NCBI GenBank assembly: GCA_963825865.1
Contig: CAWGVG010000007.1
Coordinates: 1-64,000 of the forward strand
Direction of reading: 5' to 3'
Origin: an uncultured Nitrososphaeraceae archaeon
GTDB taxonomy: Archaea > Thermoproteota > Nitrososphaeria > Nitrososphaerales > Nitrososphaeraceae
DNA: 64,000 nt
Positions 34,442 to 46,552 of this stretch are shown here, piece by piece. How positions within the stretch are numbered: the stretch's first letter is position 1; every line of letters begins with the position of its first letter. The notes beneath the pieces were generated by a model. That model was not told the DNA's origin. It worked only from the letters and a program-made list of their open reading frames with translations, and made no database searches. Made by a program: the position numbers and the translations under genes.

Positions 34442-34453
34442 AAGGGATAGTTC

Positions 34454-35500
34454 TCATCTAGTTTTAATGGTATTACCGCTAAAGAAATTGTTGAGTAGTT
34501 TTACTAGAAAATCTGGCTGCTCTTCTGGAATAAAATGACCTGAATTTGGAACTGTAACACCCTGAACATTTTGACCTAATATTTTCATTCCATATATGAC
34601 AGTAGGCATAGTAATATTACCTCCGAATGTTGGAATATATCCTCCTCCTAGCGCCAATACTGGCATTGTAAGCTTAGTCTTTGAATAATTCTCATTTTGA
34701 ATCGCATCCTGAGGAAAAGCCCGATAGTGCTCAAATCCCGCATGCATTGCGCCTGGAACAGAATAATGGCTAACATATTCATTGATATCTGCTTGCGTTA
34801 TCGCAGCTGGATTATACGCAAGATTGTGAAAGAACCATGATAAATACTTCATCTCTTTTCCTTGTACAAGGGCTTCTGGTACGTCCGGTGTTTGATGGAA
34901 TATGGCCCACCATAATGGCATTCTACCAGCAGGTGCGAAACCGGGAATCGTTAATTCCATAACTGCTAACCTCTTTACATCCGCAGGATGTGCAGCTGCA
35001 TATGAATAGGTTACCTGTGTTCCGATATCATGACCCACTAGGAAAATTGTTTTAAATCCTAGCTGAGTAACTAGGTGATGTATATCCTCAGCTACGGTTT
35101 TGCCATCATAACCAGTTGTTGGTTTTGACGAGTCTCCAAGGCCTCGCAGATCAGGCGCAACAACAGTATAGTTCTTGGCTAAAGCTGGCATTACACGATG
35201 CCATGCATACCATGTTTCCGGCCATCCATGTAATAAGACTACAGGGTCACCATGGCCTCCAATAACATAGTGCAATTGAATACCATTAACAGATGCCGTA
35301 CGATGAGAAAATGTCATGTTAGCCATCTGAAAAGATATACCAGTAGGCTGTTGTTGTTGTTGTTGTGCCATTGCAGTATGATTTTGGTTTAATACTAATG
35401 TGCAAACAAATATGCCGGTTGTAACAATAATAATCGTAAGAAAAATTGCTGTCAAACAAAATGAGAGATAAAGCGAATAGTTGTCCTTTTTTTCATTCAT
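34454..35500 (-). CDS. Epoxide hydrolase-like alpha/beta hydrolase with N-terminal TM/signal
   Basis: LLHGWPE, PDLRGLGDS, VGHDIG, SGHFIPEEQP. Confidence 0.92.
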   Translation of the reverse strand: MNEKKDNYSLYLSFCLTAIFLTIIIVTTGIFVCTLVLNQNHTAMAQQQQQQPTGISFQMANMTFSHRTASVNGIQLHYVIGGHGDPVVLLHGWPETWYAWHRVMPALAKNYTVVAPDLRGLGDSSKPTTGYDGKTVAEDIHHLVTQLGFKTIFLVGHDIGTQVTYSYAAAHPADVKRLAVMELTIPGFAPAGRMPLWWAIFHQTPDVPEALVQGKEMKYLSWFFHNLAYNPAAITQADINEYVSHYSVPGAMHAGFEHYRAFPQDAIQNENYSKTKLTMPVLALGGGYIPTFGGNITMPTVIYGMKILGQNVQGVTVPNSGHFIPEEQPDFLVKLLNNFFSGNTIKTR

Positions 35501-35634
35501 TACGAGATCTGTTTCACTGGCATGTAATAAGAATAGTGGTAATTGGAACTAACACGCAAAGGATCAACTTATTGATTTAGGGAAACTTGCTGTCAAAGAC
35601 TAACACTATTCTTGGGGGCTGAGCTCAGTTGAGG

Positions 35635-36108
35635 TTATAATAACAGTGACAAACTTCTTCCTTTTCTAAAGAAATCAGCTTCGACTAGTAAAATGAATTT
35701 GCGGTTATCCAACGCTCTGTAGGCGTCTATGTGGTTCGAAGGATACGCCTCAATTCTGTTGCCATTTAGCTCCAATACCGTTTCCTTATTGGCAAAAGTT
35801 AACCCCAGCTTTCGCTCAAACAATGATTTCATTCTCTTAATCAGCATGATGGCAATGTCTATGTTAGGGCCTGTAACAATGCACATCTGTGAATTTCTAT
35901 AATCGTTATTTCTCAAGCATAGCCATGCCATAAACCGCAGAAAGAATTCTGTTACTCCTAATCCTGTTGCCTTCTTTATCCAAAGGTGCTTATCCTTGAA
36001 ATCATGGTTCAGCGGATTACAAAAGTCTGGAGAAAGCAAAGCCTCATACAACAATTCTTGGTAATCGAAAATTGGCTTTTCCAATCCCTCTTTTGCCATA
36101 CATGACAA
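35635..36108 (-). pseudogene. Terminase large subunit-like ATPase fragment
   Basis: KHLWIKKATGLGVTE (Walker A-like), IEAYPS, FILLVEADFF (Walker B with D>V); truncated. Confidence 0.7.
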
Positions 36109-36189
36109 CTCCTTTTATATACAACTTTTATATGATGGCAGAAATCACTCAAATGTGTCGCAACAATAATTAAAAAACTTGAATTGTTG

Positions 36190-36766
36190 TTATTTCTCCA
36201 GTTTGTTCTTCCTGTTTTTCTTCTCCTTCTTTATCTGAGCTTTCGTTCTCATCATCATAATCAGCTCTTTAGATTCTTTGTTGTCGTCTTCATTGCCACC
36301 ATCAGAAGAAGAAAAAGATGACCTTTTTATTTGATCTTCTTTATCTTTATCTTTATCTTTGGACTTTCCAGATTCTGATACAGACCTTATGGCGTCATCG
36401 ACTACTGTAGCATTTGTAAGCAAGTCTAGCTTCATAGAATAGCATTCTTTGGCTAATGACAAAGATTGTATCTTCTCTCTTCTGTCTTCTGCATGCTCCG
36501 AAGTATTCCATGCTTCCCTTAGAATTGCAGTCAACCCAACCAGACATTTCTGGTACTCTTCTGGCAGCCTTTCATCAATATATCTTCTGATGTTGGACTT
36601 TGCCTGCTGTCTAAGGTATGATAGGTCTCTGTTAACAGCACCATTAGATACCTGTAATGTCTGTGCTATCTCCCTCTGGCTATGTCCCTTGCTGCTTAGC
36701 TCCTGAACTTTGTTTCTGTGCCTTGTTTATCTTCAATTTGCAAGCTCAAGTGTTCAATTTCACCAT
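36190..36766 (-). CDS. HTH protein, terminase small subunit-like (frameshifted)
   Basis: KVQELSSKGHSQREIAQTLQVS..NRDLSYLR upstream in frame with LSLAKECYSMKL; directly upstream of the TerL fragment. Confidence 0.7.
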
Positions 36767-37299
36767 GCTTCTTTTAATCGGCTAAACTTGTCTTTATTCG
36801 TTTTTGTAATAGATTTAAAAATTAATACTTGCAAGATATTGATTTTCATAGTTAGGCTCCTTCAGAGTGTAGCAGTAAGCCGGAGCTGACGCTGATACTG
36901 AGGTATTAACACTAGATTTAACTGCAGTAACCATACGCATATACGCATATACTCTTATGTAGTAGAATTACAAATTAATGGAAATGGTAAGGAACAGAAC
37001 AAAACATTGGCCAACATGAAGGTAAGGATTTGGTTAATTGTAGACCTGATACATCTATGGGAACTAGATTCCTAGATCATTGCAAAAGCTAAGGTGTACC
37101 CACGGCGTACAGATGACACGGGTAAATGGAAGTATGTGTCAAACCCTTATTTTATAAATTCGGAATTTTTAGAGGAAGCCATTAAGACAATGAAGGAGCA
37201 CGGAGTTAGATTTGACGTTACAGGTGAGTCTAATTATTTTCCTGGCAGGACTTTTCAAATAAGATTCGAAAAGTTAAGATGACTGGCAATATCCGACAA

Positions 37300-37436
37300 A
37301 AAGTTATTAGAACTCCGACGTTGTGGTGCCTACAATGAACCAGGGAGAATTTCACCCATTTCAATACCAAAAGGAACTTTCGTTATTTTGTGAGGAGAAC
37401 ATTATTCAGTTCGAAGCTTACGGCCCGTTGACCATA
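37300..37436 (+). pseudogene. Aldo/keto reductase internal fragment
   Basis: VVPTMNQGEFHPFQYQKEL..FCEENIIQFEAYGPLT. Confidence 0.7.
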
Positions 37437-37488
37437 AGATGAATAGCCTTAATCTTTACAACTATCCAACGGTTTGTTGTGTCGGTTG

Positions 37489-37689
37489 TTATTTTGTTGT
37501 AATGAAATTACACAGCACTTTATCCATGTCTTTTAAAACCAATTCACAATATTTGCTTGTAGTAAAACCTTCAATTGCTAAACTAACCTTCATTTGTATT
37601 TCAAGATCATCCTCATTTTTCTTAGTAGTAGAAGTTGCTTCTGCTGCTGTTAATGTTGCTTCTAATGATTTGTTTGACCGCCTGGCCAT
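37489..37689 (-). pseudogene. Possible N-terminal remnant of a thaumarchaeal integrase
   Basis: KVSLAIEGFTT..CELVLKD resembles integrase N-termini; sits at the island/core boundary. Confidence 0.35.
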
Positions 37690-37738
37690 AATACATGTAT
37701 CCTAGTCTGGTGTACAAAAATACATTTAATAATAATTT

Positions 37739-38464
37739 CTATGGGGCATTATTATATAAGGCATATATTTTCTTCTTATATGCAATTTGGAATCCCAGAT
37801 TTTTGTAAAATTGAATTAACCCTTCCTTGCTAAATGTTTGAAGAAATAGAAAACCTAAATTCTCTTGTCGAGCTACTCTCAAAGAAATTTTTATCATTCT
37901 CTTTGCTATCCCTTGACCCCTAAAAGAGGAAAGTGTTCCTAGACAATAGAGGCCCATTAAATTATATCTATTGAATAATGCAACACATCCACCAGGAATT
38001 TTACTGTAATTGTCATTTATATATGACACTAGTAGTGTAAGTTCTTTAAAATGTAATTTAACTACTTTTTCCACTTCAGATTTCCAATCGCGTGCGTCAA
38101 ATGATTTACAAAATACATCTATCCAAACCGGTAGCGAATGTAAGTCAATTTTTGTTACTTGAATATTATATTCATCATTTTCGAAGTTAGTCAGATCAGA
38201 TTTTAACACTTGCATTGTGTCTATGAGCGAAAATCCCCTTTTCAACAATATATTTTCTAGGTCCCTATCATTATCACTAATATACACATAACTATTCAAT
38301 ACTCTCTTTGAAAATATTCTAATTGTTTTCTCGATGATGGCCTCGATATCAGGACAAGCTACATTATTCAGTCTATTAAAAAAGTAATCACCTGCAAGTT
38401 TTTCATTGATGAATAGATATCTGCACAATTCCTTATTCTGATGTGTTGTGTCCATAAAGAGCAA
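37739..38464 (-). CDS. GNAT family N-acetyltransferase
   Basis: LGTLSSFRGQGIA...FYKNLGF. Confidence 0.85.
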   Translation of the reverse strand: MLFMDTTHQNKELCRYLFINEKLAGDYFFNRLNNVACPDIEAIIEKTIRIFSKRVLNSYVYISDNDRDLENILLKRGFSLIDTMQVLKSDLTNFENDEYNIQVTKIDLHSLPVWIDVFCKSFDARDWKSEVEKVVKLHFKELTLLVSYINDNYSKIPGGCVALFNRYNLMGLYCLGTLSSFRGQGIAKRMIKISLRVARQENLGFLFLQTFSKEGLIQFYKNLGFQIAYKKKIYALYNNAP

Positions 38465-38924
38465 AAGTCGGATTCATTATATTCCATACTTCTTTTATTA
38501 AATTTATTGTTGTTTGTTGTGCCACTATCACCCATCGCAATAGTTATGGATTTATCTAAGAATTTAAATTTATCAACTGAAGATTAATAATTATTATCAC
38601 ATATTGTAATTATGTTAGCAGAGTATGATTATGTAGCCATACCGCTATCACTCCACCGTTTAATTTAAAGGAATTAATTTTTTTTATCAGCCTTTCAGTA
38701 ATTCGATATTCTTCTATATCATTGCTAGTTGGTATCACTTATCGATATAACGATAGGATCATTTGGAATTTCATATGCAAGAGTATTTGCAATGATATTT
38801 CACCAAAATCTAAACTTGCTATGTCGTTCAAATAATGACGAATTAAAACTATATTGTCAAATTGGATATTTACATTGTAAATTCGATAAGCTTATTTAAG
38901 ATAAATCGACTGATCCATCATAAT

Positions 38925-39150
38925 ATGTCTTCTGGTCCAGAGCTTGGCCTTGCTACTATGTATCGGGTAATTAAAAAATCAGGTGCAGAGAGAGTTAGTG
39001 ATGATGCTGCCGATGAACTTCGCAAGATTCTCGAAGATGTTGCGGAGAGAATCTCCAAGCAAGCAGTTGGATTTATCAAATCATGCAGGTCGAAAAACGA
39101 TAAAATCTGAAGATGTCCGTCTTGCTGCCAAGAATATATTAAAACTTTAA
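38925..39150 (+). CDS. Archaeal histone (one frameshift near 39070)
   Basis: RVIKKSGAERVSDDAA + HAGRKTIKSEDV. Confidence 0.92.
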
Positions 39151-39348
39151 TCAAATTGGTTTCCTGAAGATCGTTCTACGAAAATAAATTATAAAAAATA
39201 TCTCAAAACTGTTATATGATATACCTTCGCATTTCCTATGCTTGTAGAATGGCAAGTTAGGCGACAGAGTTATAGAAGTCAAACTGACTCATATATCAAC
39301 TATTAACTTTAAATTTAGAATACTGTAAGAGTTACAGTAGTACGTTGT

Positions 39349-39438
39349 GGTGGGGTGGCAGAACGGCTATGCGTTCGCCTGCAGGAAATGAGATTTGCAG
39401 CTAGCGAATTTACAAGGGTTCGAATCCCTTCCCCACCT
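39349..39438 (+). tRNA. tRNA-Cys(GCA) with an 18-nt canonical intron (39385-39402)
   Basis: Acceptor GGTGGGG/CCCCACC, anticodon stem TTCGC/GCGAA, T-loop GGTTCGAATCC. Confidence 0.93.
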
Positions 39439-39931
39439 CACTATTATAGAATCATAATACATAAAGTCGACTCCTCTTATATACCCGAATAAAACAAAAG
39501 CTAAATGTATAATACCTTTAGTATGTGGTAAAATTAGACGTAGGTTGTAAGATTCTTATCGATAGAAAACACCAAATATTCGTGTAGATCTATTGGTAGA
39601 TATGGTTCCACTATTTTTATTGGTTATCCTTTTAATTCTTCCGAAGGGAACGGTAAGAAATGAAGGCACTTTTTTCATAATGCTAACAATTTTAATTGTA
39701 CTTATCGTAGTTGCAATAGTTCTTAGAAGAAAAAGACGTGAAAATAGATAACAATAAGGGATTTGAATTGGCATTTTAAAAAAGCCTCCATGTTATATAC
39801 CTTGCTCTTTTTACTTCTGGCTACCTAGAATACAAACTTGCGGACCGAGAAGCGTATCTTATACGATTAACTCGAGGTTTGAAATTAAGTAAGTTGGATG
39901 CTACTATAGTCGGTAAAATGAGCATATGCTG

Positions 39932-40496
39932 CTAAATGGCAAATCGTTCTATCTTACTAGTTTCAGTTATTTGTGACACTAGTCCTTTTATTTTATCTAT
40001 ATCTATTTCGAAGTAAAGACCTGTAGCTTTTGACAATTTCTTCATTGATCTTTTTAATATGGAAATACAAATATCTGATTCATCTTTTTCATCATGGACA
40101 AAGGCTGTCTGCGATTAAAATGATTCCATTCAATAGGTCTTTTTCTTCTGCATGAGAATTTTTCCATACATATTCAAGAATTTCATGAGCACTCCAATAC
40201 TTTTCATCATTAAATAAAGATCTTGCAGTTTTTATTGCCTCATCTTTATTCATGTGTTTTTCAACTATGTGTTGATATTCTGATAACGGCATAATTAACG
40301 TGAGTTTATCGATAACATTTTCAACACTTTTATTGTCCGGAAGACTTGCATCAAATTCAATGCAGTGCTTCGATACACGTGTATCACGTACAATAATTTT
40401 TGAATCTGAAATTAAAACCCTGGCTCTCTTTAGTAATCTCGTTGCATCCTTTGGAGTGTAAGATTGATTCCTCAGATATATTATGTATCTTTGCAT
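39932..40496 (-). CDS. DUF309 domain protein (frameshifted)
   Basis: LFNDEKYWSAHEILEYVWK..LNGIIL. Confidence 0.8.
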
Positions 40497-41050
40497 GTAA
40501 AAGATCTTTCAATTAGAATATAAAAATAAACTTCTCTATTGTTAGACTAAAAGGGTATGGTTTTTATTGCAATCTAAGACAATAATATGACTAAAGCCAT
40601 CCTTTTAGAGGAAGAACAATGGTTTTTCTAAATCTGTCACGATCATTCATGATAAATGTAAATCCATTTCCTGAATTGCTTGAATGAATGAACTTGGCTA
40701 CAGGATAATGGTTTTAGGATTTAATCTTCGATTTCATATAGCATAACCATCCGGATATGAGTATCAGATCTTTATTTTGATTTTTGTTCATATACATTCA
40801 AACAATTTTTGTTCTGTTGTATATATATGCTGATTCGCATCCTATACTAATTTCTGATAGTTAACTGACCAAACGTCTGAATTATCTGATTAAACTGTTG
40901 AATCATTTTAACTGTGTGAAAAGCCACCGAGCGGTATCGTTTGTTATATATATTATGGTGTTATTTTTTATTACTCTGCAATACTCTGCATTAATGTAAA
41001 AAAGGCAGATAACATCATGAAAAAAGATTCATGTGTAGAATTCGAAGTGG

Positions 41051-41350
41051 TTGCGATTGGTATTGACAATTGATGAAAGAAAAGAGTTGGAGTCGCTTAT
41101 TAAAGCGGCAATTAAAAACGTAAACATTCCAATAGATCTTGCTCGAAGGATGATGCCAACACAGGGCAATATTGAAGAATTTGCATATGGTCTCATTTCT
41201 GGAATGATCATAGGAAACTTCATTGAACGATTTACAGATAAAAATGGTCGACAACCAGATAGAGTTGAAATGGCAGATCTATTTTTAATAATGGTAAGAA
41301 AAATGCCATATATTCGTAAAGCTATAATGAACAAACTTGGGTCTGCTTGA
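41051..41350 (+). CDS. Conserved thaumarchaeal hypothetical protein
   Basis: Intact ORF; EEFAYGLISGMIIG...IRKAI. Confidence 0.65.
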   Translation: MRLVLTIDERKELESLIKAAIKNVNIPIDLARRMMPTQGNIEEFAYGLISGMIIGNFIERFTDKNGRQPDRVEMADLFLIMVRKMPYIRKAIMNKLGSA

Positions 41351-41489
41351 GAGATTGCTGGCTGCTCATAATATATATCTTGTCAGATGGTTTTATAGTG
41401 ATATCTCTATCATTTATTTGAAACGTTGATGCATTATGATATATGAATATATACAGAGCAATTACATCTGATTTAACAGATTAGCAAAT

Positions 41490-42298
41490 TTGTCAGATCG
41501 AACTTTACGCTAAAAACATTCACCGATAATTCATATAAAGCTATACATGAAGGAGCTTATGATTCTGAAGAGTATGATTTCAGTGGACATGAGTCTATAA
41601 GCATAAAAAAAACAATCCTTTCATGTCCTCATGCTCCTCTTATTATAGAGATAAAATCATCATCACCGTCCCGGGGAAGAATTATCAAAAGTGATGAAAT
41701 CAATGTTATCGAACAAGCATCCGTCATTGCCAGGTCAGGTGCAAGTGGGCTATCCGTTTTGACACAACCATATTTGTTTAATGGTTCTATTAAAAATTTG
41801 GCCATGATTCGGCAGAAAGTCAAAGTTCCGCTCGCTCATGAAAGACATAACTGTCAGTGAAATTCAGATAGATGCTCGGCAAAACGAATAGGTTCTGATT
41901 GTGTGTTGCTTATCAAAACGATATTTGATCAGGATTTAGCAGAGGGTAGCATAGAAAAATTTGCAGAATATACTTACAAGAAAGGATTACAAGTTATTAT
42001 TGAAGTACATTCCGAAAAGGAATTTGAAGAGGTCTTAAAACTTCAACAACAGACAAATTTAATTGGTATTAACAATCGTGATTTGAACAGTTTAATAACC
42101 GATATTTCTACTACTCAAAGATTGCTCAAGAAACATGACAAAGGAAAGAATATCATCATTAGCGAAAGTGGAATAAGCCAACCAGAGGAAATCCAATCTT
42201 TGAAAAACGCAGGAGCTGATGCATTTCTGATAGGCACTAGTATTATGGAGTCAAATGACATCCTATCTAAAGTCAGAGAACTTTATCTTTCACTTTAG
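41490..42298 (+). CDS. trpC: Indole-3-glycerol phosphate synthase (frameshifted)
   Basis: EIKSSSPSRG, LSVLTQP..FNGS, LMKD, IEVH, IGINNRDL, SESGI, DAFLIGTSIM. Confidence 0.9.
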
Positions 42299-42360
42299 CT
42301 CTTTTTAATTAAATCCGAATGTCTTAATACTCCTTCAAGGTAACAATTAGATCCCTAAAT

Positions 42361-43590
42361 ATGCGGAGCAATTATCCTGTCAATGGTAGATTTGGAAAGT
42401 ATGGAGGAAAGTATATTCCTGAAACTCTTGTTCCAGCTATAGAAGAGCTGGAAGTAGCATATGAAAAATACAAGGGGAATTCTGAATTTCAGAATCAACT
42501 TTCATATTATTTAACTCAGTATGCAGGCCGTCCAACACCACTTTATCTTGCAAAAAACCTTACAGAGTACGTAGGAGGAGCAAAGATCTATCTAAAAAGA
42601 GAGGATCTTTTACACGGGGGTGCTCACAAAACAAATAATACTCTCGGCCAGGGCCTGCTGGCAAAACGCATGGGTAAAAAAAGAATTATTGCCGAAACCG
42701 GAGCTGGTCAACACGGCGTAGGAACTGCTATCGCATCGGCAGTGCTTGGCTTGAACTCCGAAATATACATGGGTTCTAAGGACGTAGAAAGACAAAAGCT
42801 AAATGTTTTTCGTATGCAGTTACTTGGTGCGAAGGTTCATACAGTTGAATCTGGAACTCAAACTCTAAAAGATGCAATTAATGATGCATTGCGTGACTGG
42901 ACAACCAATGTTCAAAATACTTATTATCTTATTGGATTTGTGGTAGGACCTCATCCTTACCCGATGATGGTAAGGGACTTTCAAAGCATAATTGGGTATG
43001 AAATAAAGCAACAGATGCAAGAATTATCCAATAATTTGCCAAATGCAATTGTAGCATGTGTAGGTGGCGGTAGCAACGCGATAGGAACATTCTACCCCTT
43101 TGTAGACGAATCTGATGTTCTGCTATATGGAGTAGAAGCAGGAGGTGAAGGTGTTAATTCTGGAAAGCATTCTGCAACATTGTCGGCCGGTTCAGAGGGA
43201 ATTTTACATGGAATGTTGACTTACCTTTTGCAAGATAGATTCGGCCAAGTAACTGATACGCATAGTATTTCTGCGGGGTTGGATTATCCTGGAGTAGGTC
43301 CGGAACATGCATTATTAAAGGATCTTGACAGGGTAAATTATATTGATTGTATAGACGACGATGCTGTAGAAGCATTTTTAATGCTGTCTAAGCTTGAGGG
43401 TATAATTCCTGCTTTAGAACCCTCTCATGCTGTATCATACGCAATGAAACTTGCAAATAAAATGGATAAAAATGAAAATATTGTGGTTACATTATCTGGA
43501 CGTGGTGATAAGGATGTTGAGGTTGTTTTAGAATATTTGAAAATGAAGGAAAAACAGAGCGAAAAATATGGTAAAAAGCCTAGAAGGTAA
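42361..43590 (+). CDS. trpB: Tryptophan synthase beta chain
   Basis: [50 protein letters not shown]. Confidence 0.97.
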   Translation: MRSNYPVNGRFGKYGGKYIPETLVPAIEELEVAYEKYKGNSEFQNQLSYYLTQYAGRPTPLYLAKNLTEYVGGAKIYLKREDLLHGGAHKTNNTLGQGLLAKRMGKKRIIAETGAGQHGVGTAIASAVLGLNSEIYMGSKDVERQKLNVFRMQLLGAKVHTVESGTQTLKDAINDALRDWTTNVQNTYYLIGFVVGPHPYPMMVRDFQSIIGYEIKQQMQELSNNLPNAIVACVGGGSNAIGTFYPFVDESDVLLYGVEAGGEGVNSGKHSATLSAGSEGILHGMLTYLLQDRFGQVTDTHSISAGLDYPGVGPEHALLKDLDRVNYIDCIDDDAVEAFLMLSKLEGIIPALEPSHAVSYAMKLANKMDKNENIVVTLSGRGDKDVEVVLEYLKMKEKQSEKYGKKPRR

Positions 43591-44308
43591 CAGACTAAAT
43601 ATGAAACTTCAAGAATTATCGAAAAAGAATGAACATGCACTGATTTGCTACGTGGTCGCAGGATATGCTGATATGACAACAACCGAAGAGATAGTCTCTT
43701 CTCTGGTTTCGGCTCCAGCCGATATAATATGCTTTGCAAAAGGGCATAGACCTGACAAATGTTTAAAAATTTTAAAAAATATTAGAAAAATTTCCCGATT
43801 TACCAATTCTTACTATGACTTATTCAAATATTTTACTAAGAGCAGGCTTTGGAAATTTTATGATACAATCAAGAGTCTGGAATTGATGGATTTATTCTTC
43901 CTGATATGGCGATTGAAGAGTCGAAGTACTATGTCGAAGAGGCATCAAAACTTGGTCTTACGATATTTCTAGTATCTCCTAATACAAGTCAATGTGGCAT
44001 CTTCAGGGTTTGTATATATGGTCTCAGTCTATGGAATAACCGGAACTCGAGAATCGTTTGATTATAGTTTGGATGCAATAAAGAATATCAAACAAGTTGC
44101 CGGAACGAAAATCCCAGTAGATGTAAGATTTGGAATTAGCACCCCTTCACACATAAGGCTCATGAGTAATGCTGGCGCCGATGCAATCATAATCGGTAGC
44201 GCTATTATCAATAAAATGAAATGTTTACTAACAAGAAAATATGCTTCAAAAATTATAATACACTTTGTCGGCTATTACAAGCAAATAGAATATAATCAAT
44301 ATAGGTGA
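43568..44308 (+). pseudogene. trpA: Tryptophan synthase alpha chain, degenerate
   Basis: ALICYVVAGY, MTYSN, ILPD, SVYGITG, DAIIIGSA present; the E-x-G-x-PFSDP-x-ADG segment is absent at ~43728. Confidence 0.85.
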
Positions 44309-44344
44309 CAAATTAAATATCACGACAGATAGAAGTAAGCTATT

Positions 44345-45145
44345 GTGAATGAAAAAGATTTAAAAGACCTCTTCATTAGTTCTGTTAAATCAGATCACAT
44401 AGCCAATAATCACTTTCTACCAACTTCTGCTAATATTAATAGAGATATAATAATAAAGCAGGAAGGCTATTTTAGGAACTTTGACCTCATAATTGCAATT
44501 ATAGAGAAAAATAATGACTGCGATATTAAATTTGAGTCTATTGAAGCATACGATAACTATCTTAACATATTGATGAGAACTGATATGCTGGCAGAGTTTG
44601 CCAAGAGTGAAAAATGCCGAATAGATTGGATTCGGTTCTACGCCGTTGAACTCAAATCTGACAATGATGTTCTCGATGAGCGTCTGCCTCATCAAATTCT
44701 TAATGCAATTTTGACTTTTGGAAGGTCTGTGATTGTATTGGATGAAAAGCATTGCAGAAGAGCAAAGCTACAAGGAACACTAAGATTAATTCCTGCCACT
44801 ATAATAGGTTATACCGGAAAAGGTGACCACTTCGAAGTCCTTTCAGTATTTGATAGACTTCTTACAAACGCTATGTTTAATATAGAGAAAAGGAAGCTTG
44901 CCAAGCTTTTAATGGCTAATGGAATTAATAACGGAACAGACAAAATATATCGTTGTTTTGCAAATATTCAAAGGATAAATCAAAAACTTGCTTTTAACCA
45001 ATTATATAATGAAAACCTTCGCTTTATTAAGGAAGAGATAGAATTTATACAAAAGCTCGTTGATATTCCGAACTTTTCAGAAAAAAAACTGCTAGTAGAT
45101 TTGATAAAGCAGACCACAAATACTAGGATTACTGATTATCTCTAA
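44345..45145 (+). CDS. Hypothetical protein with PD-(D/E)XK-like motif
   Basis: FDL...AVELKSDNDVLDERLPHQ. Confidence 0.6.
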   Translation: MNEKDLKDLFISSVKSDHIANNHFLPTSANINRDIIIKQEGYFRNFDLIIAIIEKNNDCDIKFESIEAYDNYLNILMRTDMLAEFAKSEKCRIDWIRFYAVELKSDNDVLDERLPHQILNAILTFGRSVIVLDEKHCRRAKLQGTLRLIPATIIGYTGKGDHFEVLSVFDRLLTNAMFNIEKRKLAKLLMANGINNGTDKIYRCFANIQRINQKLAFNQLYNENLRFIKEEIEFIQKLVDIPNFSEKKLLVDLIKQTTNTRITDYL

Positions 45146-45741
45146 TTTTGACGTTGAGGCTTTCAAGTGGTTTTGCCACATGCACATCAGACAATATATG
45201 TGATCTGCACCTGTCAGAATTTGATCTATTATAGAGAAGACAGAGAGAAACATATTAATCATAAAATTATGATTATTAACTACTAATAAGGAAAAATAGC
45301 GTCTAAAAATATTGGGTCTGTTGTAAGCGCGAATTATACTTAAACGATTAAATCGCCTTACTTGATATATTTGGTAAATGGTTTGTATTCACTTTTTTAT
45401 ATTCAAGAAGTCACGATCTATATTTGAACATTCATGCAATAGCCGTGTCTGTTTTTATCATGAATATGATACAGAATATGAAATAAGTCCACGCCTGTTC
45501 TGTTATAGGATATTCTTTTATTTTCACTTATGTAAGATTTATACTATCTGTTATTGTATGGATGTCCCAGTACATTAGTAAGGTGAGCCTTCTAAAGCAC
45601 TGTAGCAGAATCAGTACAATCAAAGGAGGAAGATAAAACTACAAAGCAGAGTTTCATAAAAATAATCAACGTGCTTTAAAATAGCAGATAAAAATGTTAT
45701 ACCATGGATTTAACCCGATATCATATTAAAAGTAAACTCTG

Positions 45742-46080
45742 TCATGAAAGAACAATCCCTGACATGTCTTTTGCAAATAGCATATTATTCAAAGTGACTT
45801 GAAATTTTGCATTATCACGTTCTATAATTACTTCAATGTCGTCAAGAGAATCTGATATATTTGCATCTTCTAATTTTTTTAAAATGACGTGAATAGACTC
45901 GTGGGAAATTAACGCTTCTATAAACCGTTCGATATAATTAAAGTCATTTATGTTAAACTTGGCGTGATTTTTTGATTGTATAATCAACATTGTATGATCC
46001 TCATATGTGAAATATGCTGGAGATTCATCCACCGCGCAGGCTAAAGCAAATTCATTTATTGTCATGCCAGATATACACAC
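45742..46080 (-). CDS. Hypothetical protein with HExxH motif
   Basis: LISHESIHV. Confidence 0.6.
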   Translation of the reverse strand: MCISGMTINEFALACAVDESPAYFTYEDHTMLIIQSKNHAKFNINDFNYIERFIEALISHESIHVILKKLEDANISDSLDDIEVIIERDNAKFQVTLNNMLFAKDMSGIVLS

Positions 46081-46552
46081 ACATTCTGATCAATATATAA
46101 CAGATACGTCATGTCGTCTCAAAATCTGTTCGATTATAAATATTCTGTTAGCTTCTGTTGTTCATATACATGATGTATCGATTCTTATATTTGATCGATA
46201 TTTTCTGTCATCAATAATAATATATAGATGTTTTAAAAGAATCAGATTTTCTCCTAGACCCTGTCAGTCGAATAAGTTAGCTATATCTAATGAAACTTTT
46301 CCCTGTTCCATTTGATTCCTTTGCCAGTTTATAGTGAATTCTTTTTTATAACTTTTGGTTATATATAATAAAGCAGATTATTGAAGGGTATGCAATTATC
46401 AGCCTGCCTCTTAACGCTATATTTTTGTATATATTCACGTGAAAAAATAGATGATAGGCCATAATAGGGATAAAATATACCTTTACTCCTGCTATATATA
46501 AGATAAATCATTATTTTTTTGTGCGTTGCCTTTAATATTAAGAGCGGAATAT

